The position numbers and the translations under genes are program-made. This document shows positions 1-11,016 of a stretch of 64,000 bases of DNA, piece by piece (position 1 is the first letter of the stretch; every line of letters begins with the position of its first letter). Under the pieces are notes generated by a model. The model saw nothing but the letters and a program-made list of their open reading frames with translations. It searched no databases and was not told the DNA's origin. The DNA is from Octopus sinensis (lineage: Eukaryota): assembly GCF_006345805.1 (NCBI RefSeq), contig NC_043000.1, positions 99,324,001 to 99,388,000 of the forward strand, written 5' to 3'.

Positions 1-689
1 TACCTAAACGGTATTTTACATGCTAGCTACTTGATAAAATCTTATATAGATTTTATCCTAGATTATTTTTAATTAAGAAAAAAAAAAAGATATGTGAAAA
101 ATAAAATACTTCTAAATAAGAAAAACTGAAAAACTGAAATGAAGACAAAATGAAATTTTTTTTTTTAAATAACAGAACATAGTTATTAATTTCTGATCTT
201 GGTAAAAAGATGTAAAATTTAGAACAAAAGAGAATGAAACACAGCAGGAAATTATAAAACCGTATTTTGATTGTAATTTTAAGTAATTTTGTAAGATGAT
301 GAAGTAATCTGTTGAAGAAATAGTATAAGATATACTCGCCTTCATGCAAGATATGATATACATTCGGTGACAAAATATGGCAAATTTGTTTTTCAAAATG
401 TTCTTGTAATGACATATTTGGTTAGTTTTAATAAAATTCCCTGGGAAGCATAGAATTTGGTGCCTGTGATATTAGTCATGATTTTAGGTAAAATTTGCAC
501 ACTGATTTTAAATGTACCATCGCTTGCTGTTGGTTATCGAGATATATTATACCCCTAATTGCTATGCATACAGCCAATAGAGTGCAATAATTGATGATTA
601 AAAATTAATATCACCTTTTGGGTAAAAAATATAATGGCTTCCTATAACGTTTATCTAATCAGACGTCAAACGAAAGTGACGTTTCAGAG

Positions 690-1790
690 ACTTCCTATAC
701 CCCAAGACAATCACGTTCAGTAATCTACCATCAAATGAGTATCCCAGTGCTCCCAGTATCTTTCCTCCATAGTTCTTAAATTTTGATGGAATCGTTCACT
801 CTGTTCATTGTTTAGGTAACCAAGGTTGTCTGACAAACGATCTAAATGGCTGTGGAGGCACTTTGATGCTCATATTACAGGCAAGTTGACGAAAAGAAGT
901 AGTTATCTGCTTTATGGCTCCCAAGAAAAATTCTTACAACCACAGTGAACGGAAACCACCCATCTGCTTCAGCATTGTTCATTGAATTTTGGAAATATGC
1001 GTCTTTCATTAGTTCCCGGATTTGTGGTCCATCGAAAATACCTGTCTCCAGCTTCTTAATGCTCGCTTGAAATTTACTGTATATTTAGTCAAAGCAGTAC
1101 CCGTCTTTCTTCAAAGTTTTCACAAACTGTTTCATTAAACCCAGTATAGTGTGCAGCTTTATTCAAATAATCTTATCTATGTCAATCAATGGTCCTGTGA
1201 TTATATTCTATTCTCTAATGACCTATTTTTCTCACTCAGTGCTCAACTCTCCCAGAGATAGATAAAAAACAAATGCTCAGTCTATCCACTCTGCAAGTCC
1301 AGGAAAACGTTTGCCATTTTATGATCCACACAGAGTAGCAATTGGTGGTCGTAATATGATACCTTTTTTAAGACAAGGGCGATTGTTTTCTACTGCTCCA
1401 TCATATATGGGTGAGCAATTGGGATCGATCTATATTTGTTGCTATTGTGTAGAAACACATATTTAAACTCCGGTTAAAGCCATTTATAAATAACCGCCAT
1501 TCACTTGGTACATTTTTAGATACATCCAATTTCACCAGCAAGCTTTGAACATCACTGTAAAAAGCGCAATCCTTTTCCTCCGAGAAGGGCCGAAATGGTA
1601 ATTCACGCTACTGAGTCAACCTGTTTTAATTTCGGCTCTCCACTACGTTTCTTGCTCGATTTCAGTTGTGGTCCACTTTGCCTTTCAACTGCATCTGATT
1701 CCAAAATATAGGCCTTCTAATGTTACCGACGATCTGGTTTTCATGTGCATACGTTCCTAATAAGAATGCTGGTTATTTCTTTCCAGGCAT
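690..1790 (-). mobile_element. Decayed DNA-transposon transposase remnant, Chapaev3 (CMC)-like
   Basis: Minus-strand translation across stops and frameshifts gives EWRLFI, RSLKYVFLHNSNKYRSIPIAH, CVDHKMANVFL, LHTILGLMKQFVKTL, GIFDGPQIRELMKD, MSIKV, LHSHLD and EQSERFHQNLRTMEERY, in the order I recall for Chapaev3 transposases. Family name is from recall. No TIRs found. Confidence 0.7.
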
Positions 1791-2049
1791 TTAACAGTAT
1801 GTAATTAGCCATGAGACGTGTAAAGTTTCCTATAAACATTACTTACGCTTAAGTAATTAGTTGGGGGTAGTAATACAGCTTAATTGATAATAATTAAAGT
1901 ATTGTTTTTATTAGCTGTTGTTGAGTCAGTTGAAGTTGTCAGTCATTGACATAAACATTTAGTTATTAGATAATTAGTAAGTTGTTTTTCACATAGAAAT
2001 ATACTTACAATTTATACCCGAAAAATAATTTACATTTCAACAAATATAC

Positions 2050-2560
2050 TGATGATTTTGAAGAACACAAGAGATCAGAAGAATAAGAAGGTTTAGAATA
2101 CAATCATAATTCAGAAGACTATAACAATGGATTAGAAGTAAACAAGGATTTTGTAAGAGACTATGGGGATTTAAAATATAACAATGGTTTAGAAAAATTA
2201 AATGATGTTTTTAAAAGAAAAATGCTGCAGCAACTCTCGAATCGTGATTCCTTCTGCTTTGAAGGATTTGCATGTCTTCTCTGATTAAGCTACTAATCCA
2301 TCCATAACGTTGGATTAGAGTTGGACGAGAGTGGTTCACAAGAAAAATAACAATGGTTTAGAACATGCATGAGCAACCTCTTTCGAGAAGCGGGCTGCAA
2401 GACATATTACGCATCACCAAGGTAATTTTTTGTTAGGTATGCAATTCAGAAAGTCTCGTGGACCGCGGTTCACATATGACTGGCTTAGAGTCTTGCAATG
2501 ATCGTTTAGAAGAATAACGCGAAGAATATGAGAATGATTTAGAAGAATACAGTAATGGTT
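2050..2560 (+). repeat. Degenerate ~21-bp tandem repeat (GAAGAATACAACAATGGTTTA-like), interrupted by unrelated sequence
   Basis: Variants of (t)acaatggtttagaa / aatgatttagaagaa recur near 2090, 2145, 2185, 2350, 2505 and 2535. Confidence 0.45.
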
Positions 2561-3199
2561 GGCATTAAATCTCACCCACAATCTAGCCTTCAGAGTTTCG
2601 CCTCAGATACAAAGTAAAGTAAATAAAACATTCACAGATATTCTATTCACTAACGATTGTAAAAAGAATGACTTTTTTATCTGAAAACTTGAGCCATAAT
2701 TACGTATGGTTAAATTGACGAAGTCTTTGTAAAATTTTCTCTGAAACAAATTATTACAGCTATTGCTGTTTGACGTTTATACACACGTTATAAACGTTAT
2801 TACACGCATCGGGAGTTTTTTAATCTAAGGATATTTTAAGTGCATATCATTTAGATACATGATATAGAGTTGTTAAAATTGTTCGAATTTTATATACAAT
2901 TAATGGTGTTTCGTATTTTAAAGAAGTTTATTTAGCTTAAAATATAACATTAAAATTTGTTATTGAGTATGAAAATGTATTAAAATTTAGGGTAATGTTA
3001 AGACTCACGTAAAATTTTATTTAAAAAATTATTAAACAGTTACGCTAAGCGATAAAATTAAGAAAAACTACGAAATATCGATACCTGTCTTTCGTGTTCA
3101 CCTCCGGAACGGTTTATGTTTTTGTACCGCTTGTGTTTTCAAAGGGCTCTTCTCTAGACGTTTTGTGTATAGTTCTGCAAATTATATTTTGCTATGACG

Positions 3200-3271
3200 A
3201 TCACACTGACGAGTTGCGGACATCTACGTAAGTAATTACGTAAGTGGTAACAACGAAACCGGATTTGTGAT
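3200..3271 (+). ncRNA. Hammerhead-ribozyme-like motif at a Penelope-type terminus
   Basis: AUCACA-CUGACGA-GUUG[loop]CAAC-GAAAC-CG-GAUU-UGUGAU. Stem I is a perfect 6 bp, stem II is 4 bp and the core is intact, with one extra A before the cleavage site. (TA)n follows. Confidence 0.6.
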
Positions 3272-3624
3272 TAGTGGTCATCCATCTTATATATATATAT
3301 ATATGGTAATATCGAACAGTAAGACTGAGTGAATAGATATTCTTTATTTGTGGGTTAACCTCCCATGAGGCGGGTTTGATAGTTGCATACACACACACAT
3401 ATATATACATATAAGTATACATGCACACGTTGTTATAACCCACACGACTTTCATTATTCTTCTGGTTGTACAAATATAGGGGTCGCATCAGAAGCGTTTA
3501 ACAAAGAATTACATAAATACTCATTCTGTCAGTCAGTCAGTACTTTCTTACAACATATCACAGTGATGAAACTTTTTATTGAGTATTTACTTTCCAAATA
3601 ACTACTGCCTACTCTGGGTATATA

Positions 3625-4007
3625 AAGGAAGCACTCCGTCGGTTACGACGATGAGGGATCCGGTTGATCCGAATCAACGGAACAGCCTGCTCGTGAAATT
3701 AACGTGTAAGTGGCTGAGCACTCCACAGACACATGTACCCTTAACGTAGTTCTCGGGGATATTCAGCGTGACACAGAGAGTGACAAGGCCGGCCCTTTGA
3801 AATACAGGTACAACAGAAACAGGAAGTAAGAGTGAGAGAAAGTTGTGGTGAAAGAGTACAGCAGGGATCACCACCATCCCCTGCCGGAGCCTCGTGGAGC
3901 TTTAGGTATTTTCGCTCAATAAACACTCACAACGCCCGGTCTGGGAATCAAAACCGCGATCTTATGACCGCGAGTCCGCTGCCCTAACCACTGGGCCATT
4001 GCGCCTC
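3625..4007 (-). mobile_element. tRNA-headed SINE family A, full length (probably the octopus OR-type, from recall)
   Basis: A-box TGGCCCAGTGG and B-box GGTTTTGATTCCC on the minus strand. 13-bp TSD CTCTGGGTATATA at 3612-3624 and 4008-4020. Near-identical to 43411-43795. Confidence 0.9.
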
Positions 4008-4204
4008 CTCTGGGTATATACACAAAGCACGTGACTGATCAAAGGCATTCCAACAGCAATCCTCCACCTTTCCATGAGGCACTGCTTGAAGGGCTGCATC
4101 ATTCAACGGGCACCGCTTTCTCTGTCAGTAGAATGGGATTTGAAGGAGACTTCGCTGCTACTTCTTGCAAGTCAAGTGACTCAGTTGATGTTTATTCCAC
4201 GTGT

Positions 4205-4385
4205 TGAAGTATTGTTGCTGCTGTTGCTATTGTTGTTGTTGTTGTTGTTGGTGGTGGTGGTGCTGGTGCTGGTAGTTGTGGTGGTTGTGGCGGTGGTTTC
4301 GGTGGTGGTGGTAGTGGTGGTGGCGGCGGTGCTTTTAGTGGTGATGGTGGTGGTGGTGGTGGTGATGATGGTAGTGGTGAGTTAC
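4205..4385. repeat. (GTT/GTG/GGT)n trinucleotide array
   Basis: Directly visible. Confidence 0.95.
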
Positions 4386-4459
4386 ATGCTATTGCTGTTG
4401 TTCTTATTGTTACAAGGTGGTGCATTGACGGAGTCGTTAGAGCGTCGAACAAAATGCTA

Positions 4460-4640
4460 GGTGGTATTTCTTCCGGGTCTTTATGTTCAGGGTAAATCCC
4501 CACCGAAGTGAATTTTGCCTTTTATCCTTTCGGGGGTCGATAAGATAATAGTATCAAGTCAAGTACCGGGTCCGATTCTATTGACTTAACCTTCCTTCAA
4601 AAAATGCTGGCCTTGTACTTAAATCAGAAACCATTATTGT
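4460..4640 (+). mobile_element. Diverged SINE B2-type fragment
   Basis: Contains the central motif TTTGCCTTTATCCTTTCGGGGGTCGATAAG shared with B/B2 copies, and a B2-type tail GCTGGCCTTGT. Confidence 0.55.
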
Positions 4641-4689
4641 TACAATTGTAACTTATTGCTGTTGTCGTTCCTGTTGTTAATGTTACTTC

Positions 4690-4889
4690 TGGCGGTGTGG
4701 TGGTGGTGGTGGTGATAATGATGATAATGGTAGTTGTGATGGTTGTAGCTATGTTGCCTGTGGTGGTGGCAGTGGCGGCCGCGACGCTGGTAACAATGGC
4801 GACAATAATGTCGTCGCCGATAATGATGATGATGAAGGGGAAGGGAGGAGGAGGGTGGTGGTGATAGTGGTGATGGTGATGATGATGAA

Positions 4890-4922
<33 letters not shown>

Positions 4923-5230
4923 GGTGGTGGTGGTGGCGGTGATGGCGGTGGGGGTGATGATGATGGTGATCGTGGTGGTGGTGGTGGTGGTGGTGGTGGT
5001 AGTTATGGTGATGAGGATGAAGATGATGATGATGATGGTGGTGGTGGTGGTGATGGTGATGATGGTGAAGATGATGATGATGATGGTGGTGGTAGTGGTG
5101 GTGGTAGTGGTAGTGGCGGTGGTGGTGGTGGTGGTGGTGGCGATGGTGGTGGTGATGATGATGATGATGATGTTCATGATCATGGCGATAGTGGTGGTGG
5201 TTGGTAGTGATGCTGTTGTTGACGATGATG
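4690..5230. repeat. Large compound (GGT)n/(GAT)n array with higher-order unit GATGAAGATGATGATGATGATGGTGGT
   Basis: The higher-order unit recurs near 4880, 5015 and 5065. Confidence 0.95.
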
Positions 5231-6567
5231 TAATTGATGCTACTCTTGACATATTTCCTCATTATGTATATACACTCTTTCTTCAAAAAGAAAAAGAAGA
5301 ATAATCTTCTTTCCCACTATCTCTTCCCACCACCTCATCCCACCATCATTTCTCTCCACCCACCCTCACCTCATTCTCCTCCGCTCTCAACCATCTTTTC
5401 TCTCTCTGTCCCTCTCTCTCTCACCACACAAACAGTCTCTCTCTCTTCCCACTATCACCTTCCCCCCTCTCCTCCTCCTCATCCTCCGCCCCTCTCCTTT
5501 TCTATCTTATCTCCTATTCCTCACACTCTGTGTTGTTTTCGTCCCCTTTTCCTCCCACCACGCCCATTGTTATTTTGTTTTGTAATGACTGATTTATTTC
5601 TGTAGGAGGGTAGGCTTTCCTCAGTTTTCTTATATCATACAGTTGTTATTGTGGTAGTGGCGATGGTGGTTATGATGGTTGTTGCTCTTCTTATTCTTAT
5701 TCTTCATCTTCTCCTCCTCCTCCCCCTCCCCCTCCCCTCATCCGCCTTGTGTTCATTCCTTCACGACGCGACGTTTTTTCGAGGTTACTCTGACCCTCAA
5801 AAGTCTCGGTGCATCTGCTCGGGGAAAAAAACGAACAAAGCGAGGGAAAAACATCAACAACGACGCACACCAATATATGCATGCATCCTGCCTTACATGC
5901 ATTATACATACATATGTATGCATTATACAGATAGATAGATGGATAGAGAAAGGGAGAGAGAGAGAGAGAGAGAGAGAGTTAGATATATATATAGAGAGAG
6001 AGAAGGGGAGAGCGAGAGATAATCATTTCTGTACTGGAACTGGTTCATTCTGTTTCTGTCTTAACTTCAAGATAAAATTGGTTGTGGTCAGACTTGGAGA
6101 AAAATGGACACCATCAGATCTAAACTACCCCAGACAGACCGTATGTCAGGACTGCGCCATTACGACTTTGTCAAGGGGTTAAGGGTCCATGGCATTGACA
6201 TAGATATAATACATATAGTATAATACATGTAGTATATTTACATATTTATATGTGCTTATAGACACATATATCTTATCTCTCTCTCTCTCTCTAGTATGCC
6301 CTACATTGTTTGTTACAGTTCCCCGCATTCTGTGTTCAAATCTCTCAAATTCAACAATTGCCTGACTTTTCTGGGATTCATAAATACAGAACCTGTCCAT
6401 GGATGTGGATTGGCGGCATTGCTTTATAACATTTTCTCTGACTATTTTTGAGTTTCAAACTGAAAATCTCCACAATACTGGAGTCCCAAAAATTGTAAGG
6501 TCGTTGCAAATCGCATGTATAGTATTCAATCTGGAACAAATTGTCGACGAAAGTTCAACGAACTCAC

Positions 6568-6598
<31 letters not shown>

Positions 6599-6599
<1 letters not shown>

Positions 6600-6679
6600 A
6601 AGATAGATAGATAGATAGATAGACAGATAGATAGATAAAGGGAAAGTTTACGAAAATAAACAATAAACGACAGAAAGAT

Positions 6680-6745
<66 letters not shown>
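6599..6745. repeat. (ATAG)n microsatellite blocks
   Basis: Directly visible. Confidence 0.95.
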
Positions 6746-6859
6746 GAGTCACATTCTTCTCCAAAAAGTAAACAATTTCCAGAAAAACACAATTTGAGGC
6801 ACGGCTCCATATAACAAAGAATTTTGAAAAATTAAATGTGAAACCTTGTGTATTAATAG

Positions 6860-7118
6860 CATTTACTTCAGCCGGAAAGGTTAATGGCAAATTTAATCCC
6901 GGCCTTATTTGAATGCAAAACCTATGAAAACGGAGAAAATATAACAAGGCATTTTGCTCATCGTTAATTGATTCTACCAGACCACTGCTCTTAATATTGA
7001 TTTCTTACATAGGCACAAAGCAGGATTATAGATTGGCGGGATCTGTTGATTGACTCGACCCCAATACTTTTCTGGTACTTGTTTTATAAACGTCCGGAAT
7101 GATGAAAATAAAGTCTGC
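6860..7118 (-). mobile_element. Old diverged B/B2-type SINE fragments
   Basis: Minus strand has TTCATCATTCCGGACGTTTATAAAACAAGTACCAG...TTGGGGTCGA and a degraded head GGTAGAATC...GCAAAATGC. Confidence 0.5.
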
Positions 7119-7390
7119 TGTATGTATGTATGTATGTATGTATGTATGTATGTATGTATGTATGTATGTATGTATGTATGTATGTATGCATGTATGTATG
7201 CAAGTATATACATACATACATACATACATACATACATACATAATATATATATTATAATATATATATATACATACATATATATATATTAAAACTTGAAAAT
7301 GGATGAGTCGCGTCAGTTTAAATAATATAATAATAATAATAATAATAATATAATAATAATAATATAATAATAATAATATAATAATAATAA

Positions 7391-7938
7391 AATGCCCTGA
7401 TGCAGTACCAGGCAGTGGCTCTCATGGCTTCTGATCTTAACTGATTGGAAGTGTTATCATGTACATTGTTTTGTCTTGGTATAAAAGATGGGCTACAGCA
7501 AATATTCTGCTCAATACCACAGATTTGCTTGTCAGTTGTTTGACCTTAACCAGTTGAGCATGTCCCTTAGTGGCTGACGATATGTGCATCTCTGATCACG
7601 AGCAGAAGTAGTGGGGAGCATGATAGCCATGTGTTGAGAGGGATTCTTTGGGGTTTGAATAATTCACCTCTGGAACATGGGTGGTTCTTTCAACATCCTT
7701 AAACACCCTTATTCAGGGACCTTTGAGAGCGGGATGGGCTACTCAACCTGAAGAAATTCTAACTGGGCCCCACCTGCAAGTCATGCGCTGTTTATTGATA
7801 TGAGATCACCATGTCGCGCACATATGGTTGTGATGCATGTGCCTGGTGTACCCTTATCAGACGGTAGTCATGATGGGTATATTGGGCTTCGTATATTTTA
7901 CCCCAGTGTCACTTGATGGATGAACTGCTCTCTCACTC
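7391..7938 (+). mobile_element. ~550-bp non-coding interspersed element embedded in (AAT)n
   Basis: A higher-GC block bounded by (AAT)n on both sides (7322-7390 and 7939-7984), ending ...CTCTCACTC(AAT)n. Single copy here; its repeat status is from recall. Confidence 0.45.
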
Positions 7939-7987
<49 letters not shown>

Positions 7988-8092
7988 TATGTATACATAC
8001 ATATATATACATGTATACATCTATACGCAGATATATATACACATACACACACACATATGCTTATATAGGGTCAGGACATCATTAACGGTGCA

Positions 8093-8192
8093 NNNNNNNN
8101 NNNNNNNNNNNNNNNNNNNNNNNNNNNNNNNNNNNNNNNNNNNNNNNNNNNNNNNNNNNNNNNNNNNNNNNNNNNNNNNNNNNNNNNNNNNN
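8093..8192. other. Assembly gap (100 N)
   Basis: Run of N abutting (TA)n. Confidence 1.
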
Positions 8193-8248
<56 letters not shown>

Positions 8249-8269
8249 ATATTATATATAAGTTAAAAA

Positions 8270-8445
8270 CAAAAGAAAACATAAGAGAAACACAACAACG
8301 CGAGGACGTGGAACAAGTATAGTGTTATTGGATGCTCATGAAAAGAAGAAAGAGGGAGATTTAACGTTTCGAACGGAGCTCTTTCGTCAGAAACATAGCA
8401 ACAGGAAAGGTCCAAGGAAGGGAAGACTGAGAAGAAATCGCCAAC
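8270..8445 (-). mobile_element. Penelope-type terminal repeat fragment
   Basis: Carries a hammerhead core and ends in (TA)n. Its distal part (AACACAACAACGCGAG.ACGTGGAACAAGTATAGTGTTATT) recurs at about 24610-24655. Confidence 0.6.
8359..8394 (-). ncRNA. Minimal hammerhead ribozyme motif
   Basis: GUUU-CUGACGA-AA-GAGC(UCC)GUUC-GAAAC-GUU-AAAU. Core intact, stem II 4 bp, stem I 4 bp, palindromic AACGUU helix III. Confidence 0.65.
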
Positions 8446-8494
8446 TATATTACGCAGTCACACACACACACACATATATTATATATATATTTAT

Positions 8495-8526
<32 letters not shown>

Positions 8527-8576
8527 ATAGATATATATATTATGTATGTATGTATGTATGATGTATTCATTTGTGC

Positions 8577-8745
8577 GTCTGTGTTTGGCCCACCACCACC
8601 ACCTCCACCATCGCAACATCGCTTGACAACCGATAAAAAAATACGAAGTTTACAAAGAATAATTCCTGGGGCCGATTTGTTCGACTAAAGGTGGTGCTCC
8701 AGCATGGCCGCTGTCAAATGACTGAAACAAATAAAAGTGTAAAAG
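8577..8745 (+). mobile_element. SINE family C, 3' part
   Basis: CATCGCTTGACAACCGAT...CGACTAAAGGTGGTGCTCCAGCATGGCCGC..TCAAATGACTGAAAC matches the C copies at 25045 and 62475. Confidence 0.75.
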
Positions 8746-9360
8746 AGTAAGCGTGTATCCGTGCATGTGCACGTGTTTATGTGCTTGTGTGTAATAAATG
8801 TACTTCATTGCGTGGAACAAACATAAGCATGACAAATAACAAGATACTAGAGCTCAATATAACACATCTCGACGAAAATTCGTATTTCAAATGAATATTC
8901 ATGTAGTACGATGTCGCATATACTGCGGAACAGAAATAGCTCTGCTTATAATCACAATATCAATAATGCTGGGAATTTTACGTGCCGTATTATTATGTTT
9001 AATTATAAATATGTAATTATGATTCTTGGTGTAATGTTGCGAAAGCTTTATTAAAACATCCCTGATATTCCTTTCTAACTATAGATAGAAAGGTTTGAAA
9101 GTTTGAGGGAGAGGACAAACCGATTACTGATTGAATCGAGCCCAGAAAGAATGAAAGCAAAGCCGACCTCGTAAAGACAGAATGTCATGCCGCTAAGATC
9201 GCCACCTAAAAAAAATATCACTGATATTACTTTTGGTTCTTCCAGTTGTGTTCGTGTGTGTGTGTTTGCGCGCGTACGCGTATGTGTATGTGCATACATA
9301 CATATATATGTGTGTATGTGTATAAATGTATGTATGTATATGTATATATATATATATTTA

Positions 9361-9443
<83 letters not shown>

Positions 9444-9570
9444 TGTGTGTGTGTGTGGTGTGTGTATTTATGCATTTATAATGCGTATGTCTGTATGCAA
9501 ACACGCACATATATATAAGTGCATATTTATATATTCATGCATACAGATGGATGGATAGTTGGCTGGATGA

Positions 9571-9601
<31 letters not shown>

Positions 9602-9606
9602 CATAC

Positions 9607-9637
<31 letters not shown>

Positions 9638-9874
9638 CATACATACATACATACATACATACATACTTAAACACACAAGTACATACACGCGCACAGAAAC
9701 ATGCAGACACACACACATACACATTTGTATTAATAGATTTGTTGCGAAAATCTACAACATAACCATTATTTGGGTCCCTTCTGCCTTTGTTTCAACCTAA
9801 TTTTCTGAAAATACATACTTTTTAATATTTTAGAGAAATACGAGATATAAGGAGACAGACGACAGAGAGAGAAG

Positions 9875-9917
<43 letters not shown>

Positions 9918-9943
9918 AGCGAGAGATTGAGAGAGAGAGAGAG

Positions 9944-9978
<35 letters not shown>

Positions 9979-9980
9979 AA

Positions 9981-10019
<39 letters not shown>

Positions 10020-10124
10020 CGGGAAAGAAAGAAAGAAAGAAAGAGAATTGGCTGACAGCCTACAAATCTATTTGTTAAAGCAAAAATATGGAGCCTAAAA
10101 CTCATCAATAAGGTTGTCGTTCAA

Positions 10125-10445
10125 CATACATGCATACATACATACAGACACACACACAAATATACATATGTATATACATAAACACACACATACATACATA
10201 CATACGTACATTCATACATACATAATACATACATGCATACATACATACATACATACATACATACATACATACGTACATACATACATACATATCAATGCAT
10301 ACATACATTCATACATACATTCATACATACATACATACATACATACATACATACATACATACATACATACATACATACATACATACATTCATACATACAT
10401 ACATACATACATACATACATTCATACATACATATCAATACATACG
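10125..10445. repeat. (ACAT)n microsatellite
   Basis: Directly visible; a second array is at 11017-11094. Confidence 0.95.
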
Positions 10446-10479
10446 TTGTTGCAAAAACAGTATATAATGCCATTCGAAA

Positions 10480-11016
10480 AGAAGGGACTGTCCTGGGATA
10501 AATATGGAGACTACCCTTGTTATTGAATACTTTACCGCAAGGAATATCAGTGGAATATCCCCATCAAAGCTTCAACCAAGTGCAAATATAACAGGGTAGA
10601 TATAGTTGCTTGAAACAGACATGAAAAAGTATGTACTGTCATTGAGGTCAGTTGCTCTGTTGATGTGAATATCTCTTTGAAGATCAAAGTGAAATATTAT
10701 AACTATGGATAACCGCTTCGAAATCACCGGCTTCTACAACCAGATTGTAAATTCACATTTATACCAATAATAATTGATCCAATCTAGATAAGCTAGGGTA
10801 TTCAGAAAAAGATATCGACCAGTTAATTAGCACATTACAAAAGCAATCTGTAAATGGAACGGTAAGGATATGCGAGACTTCTCTGAAATTCAAAATGTAG
10901 CATTGTTTTAGTTATATCCATACACTCCAAAGATGAAGTTTTATTTTTATGCTTGTTAGAAACCAGCTCCTTCCTCAGAGGAAGATTTCAAATAATTAAA
11001 AAACCGAAGAAAACAT
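10480..11016 (+). mobile_element. 3' fragment of a restriction-like-endonuclease (REL) non-LTR retrotransposon, R4/Dong-like
   Basis: Translation QWNIPIKASTKCKYNRVDIVA*NRHEKVCTVIEVSCSVDVNISLK...YNYG*PL...FTFIPIII...LQKQSVNGTVRICETSLKF* fits the PD..E/D..K REL C-terminus. A short 3'UTR then runs into (ACAT)n. Confidence 0.7.

Noticed and set aside
53-415. 120-aa and 94-aa ORFs
   Set aside because: Extremely AT-rich, F/L/I/K-biased, with no recognisable motif; expected by chance.
4624-5286. 220-aa poly-His ORF (possible metal-binding or beak-type protein)
   Set aside because: It is the translation of a (GGT/GAT)n array that is open in several frames on both strands. There is no signal peptide, no splice context and no Gly-His repeat pattern.
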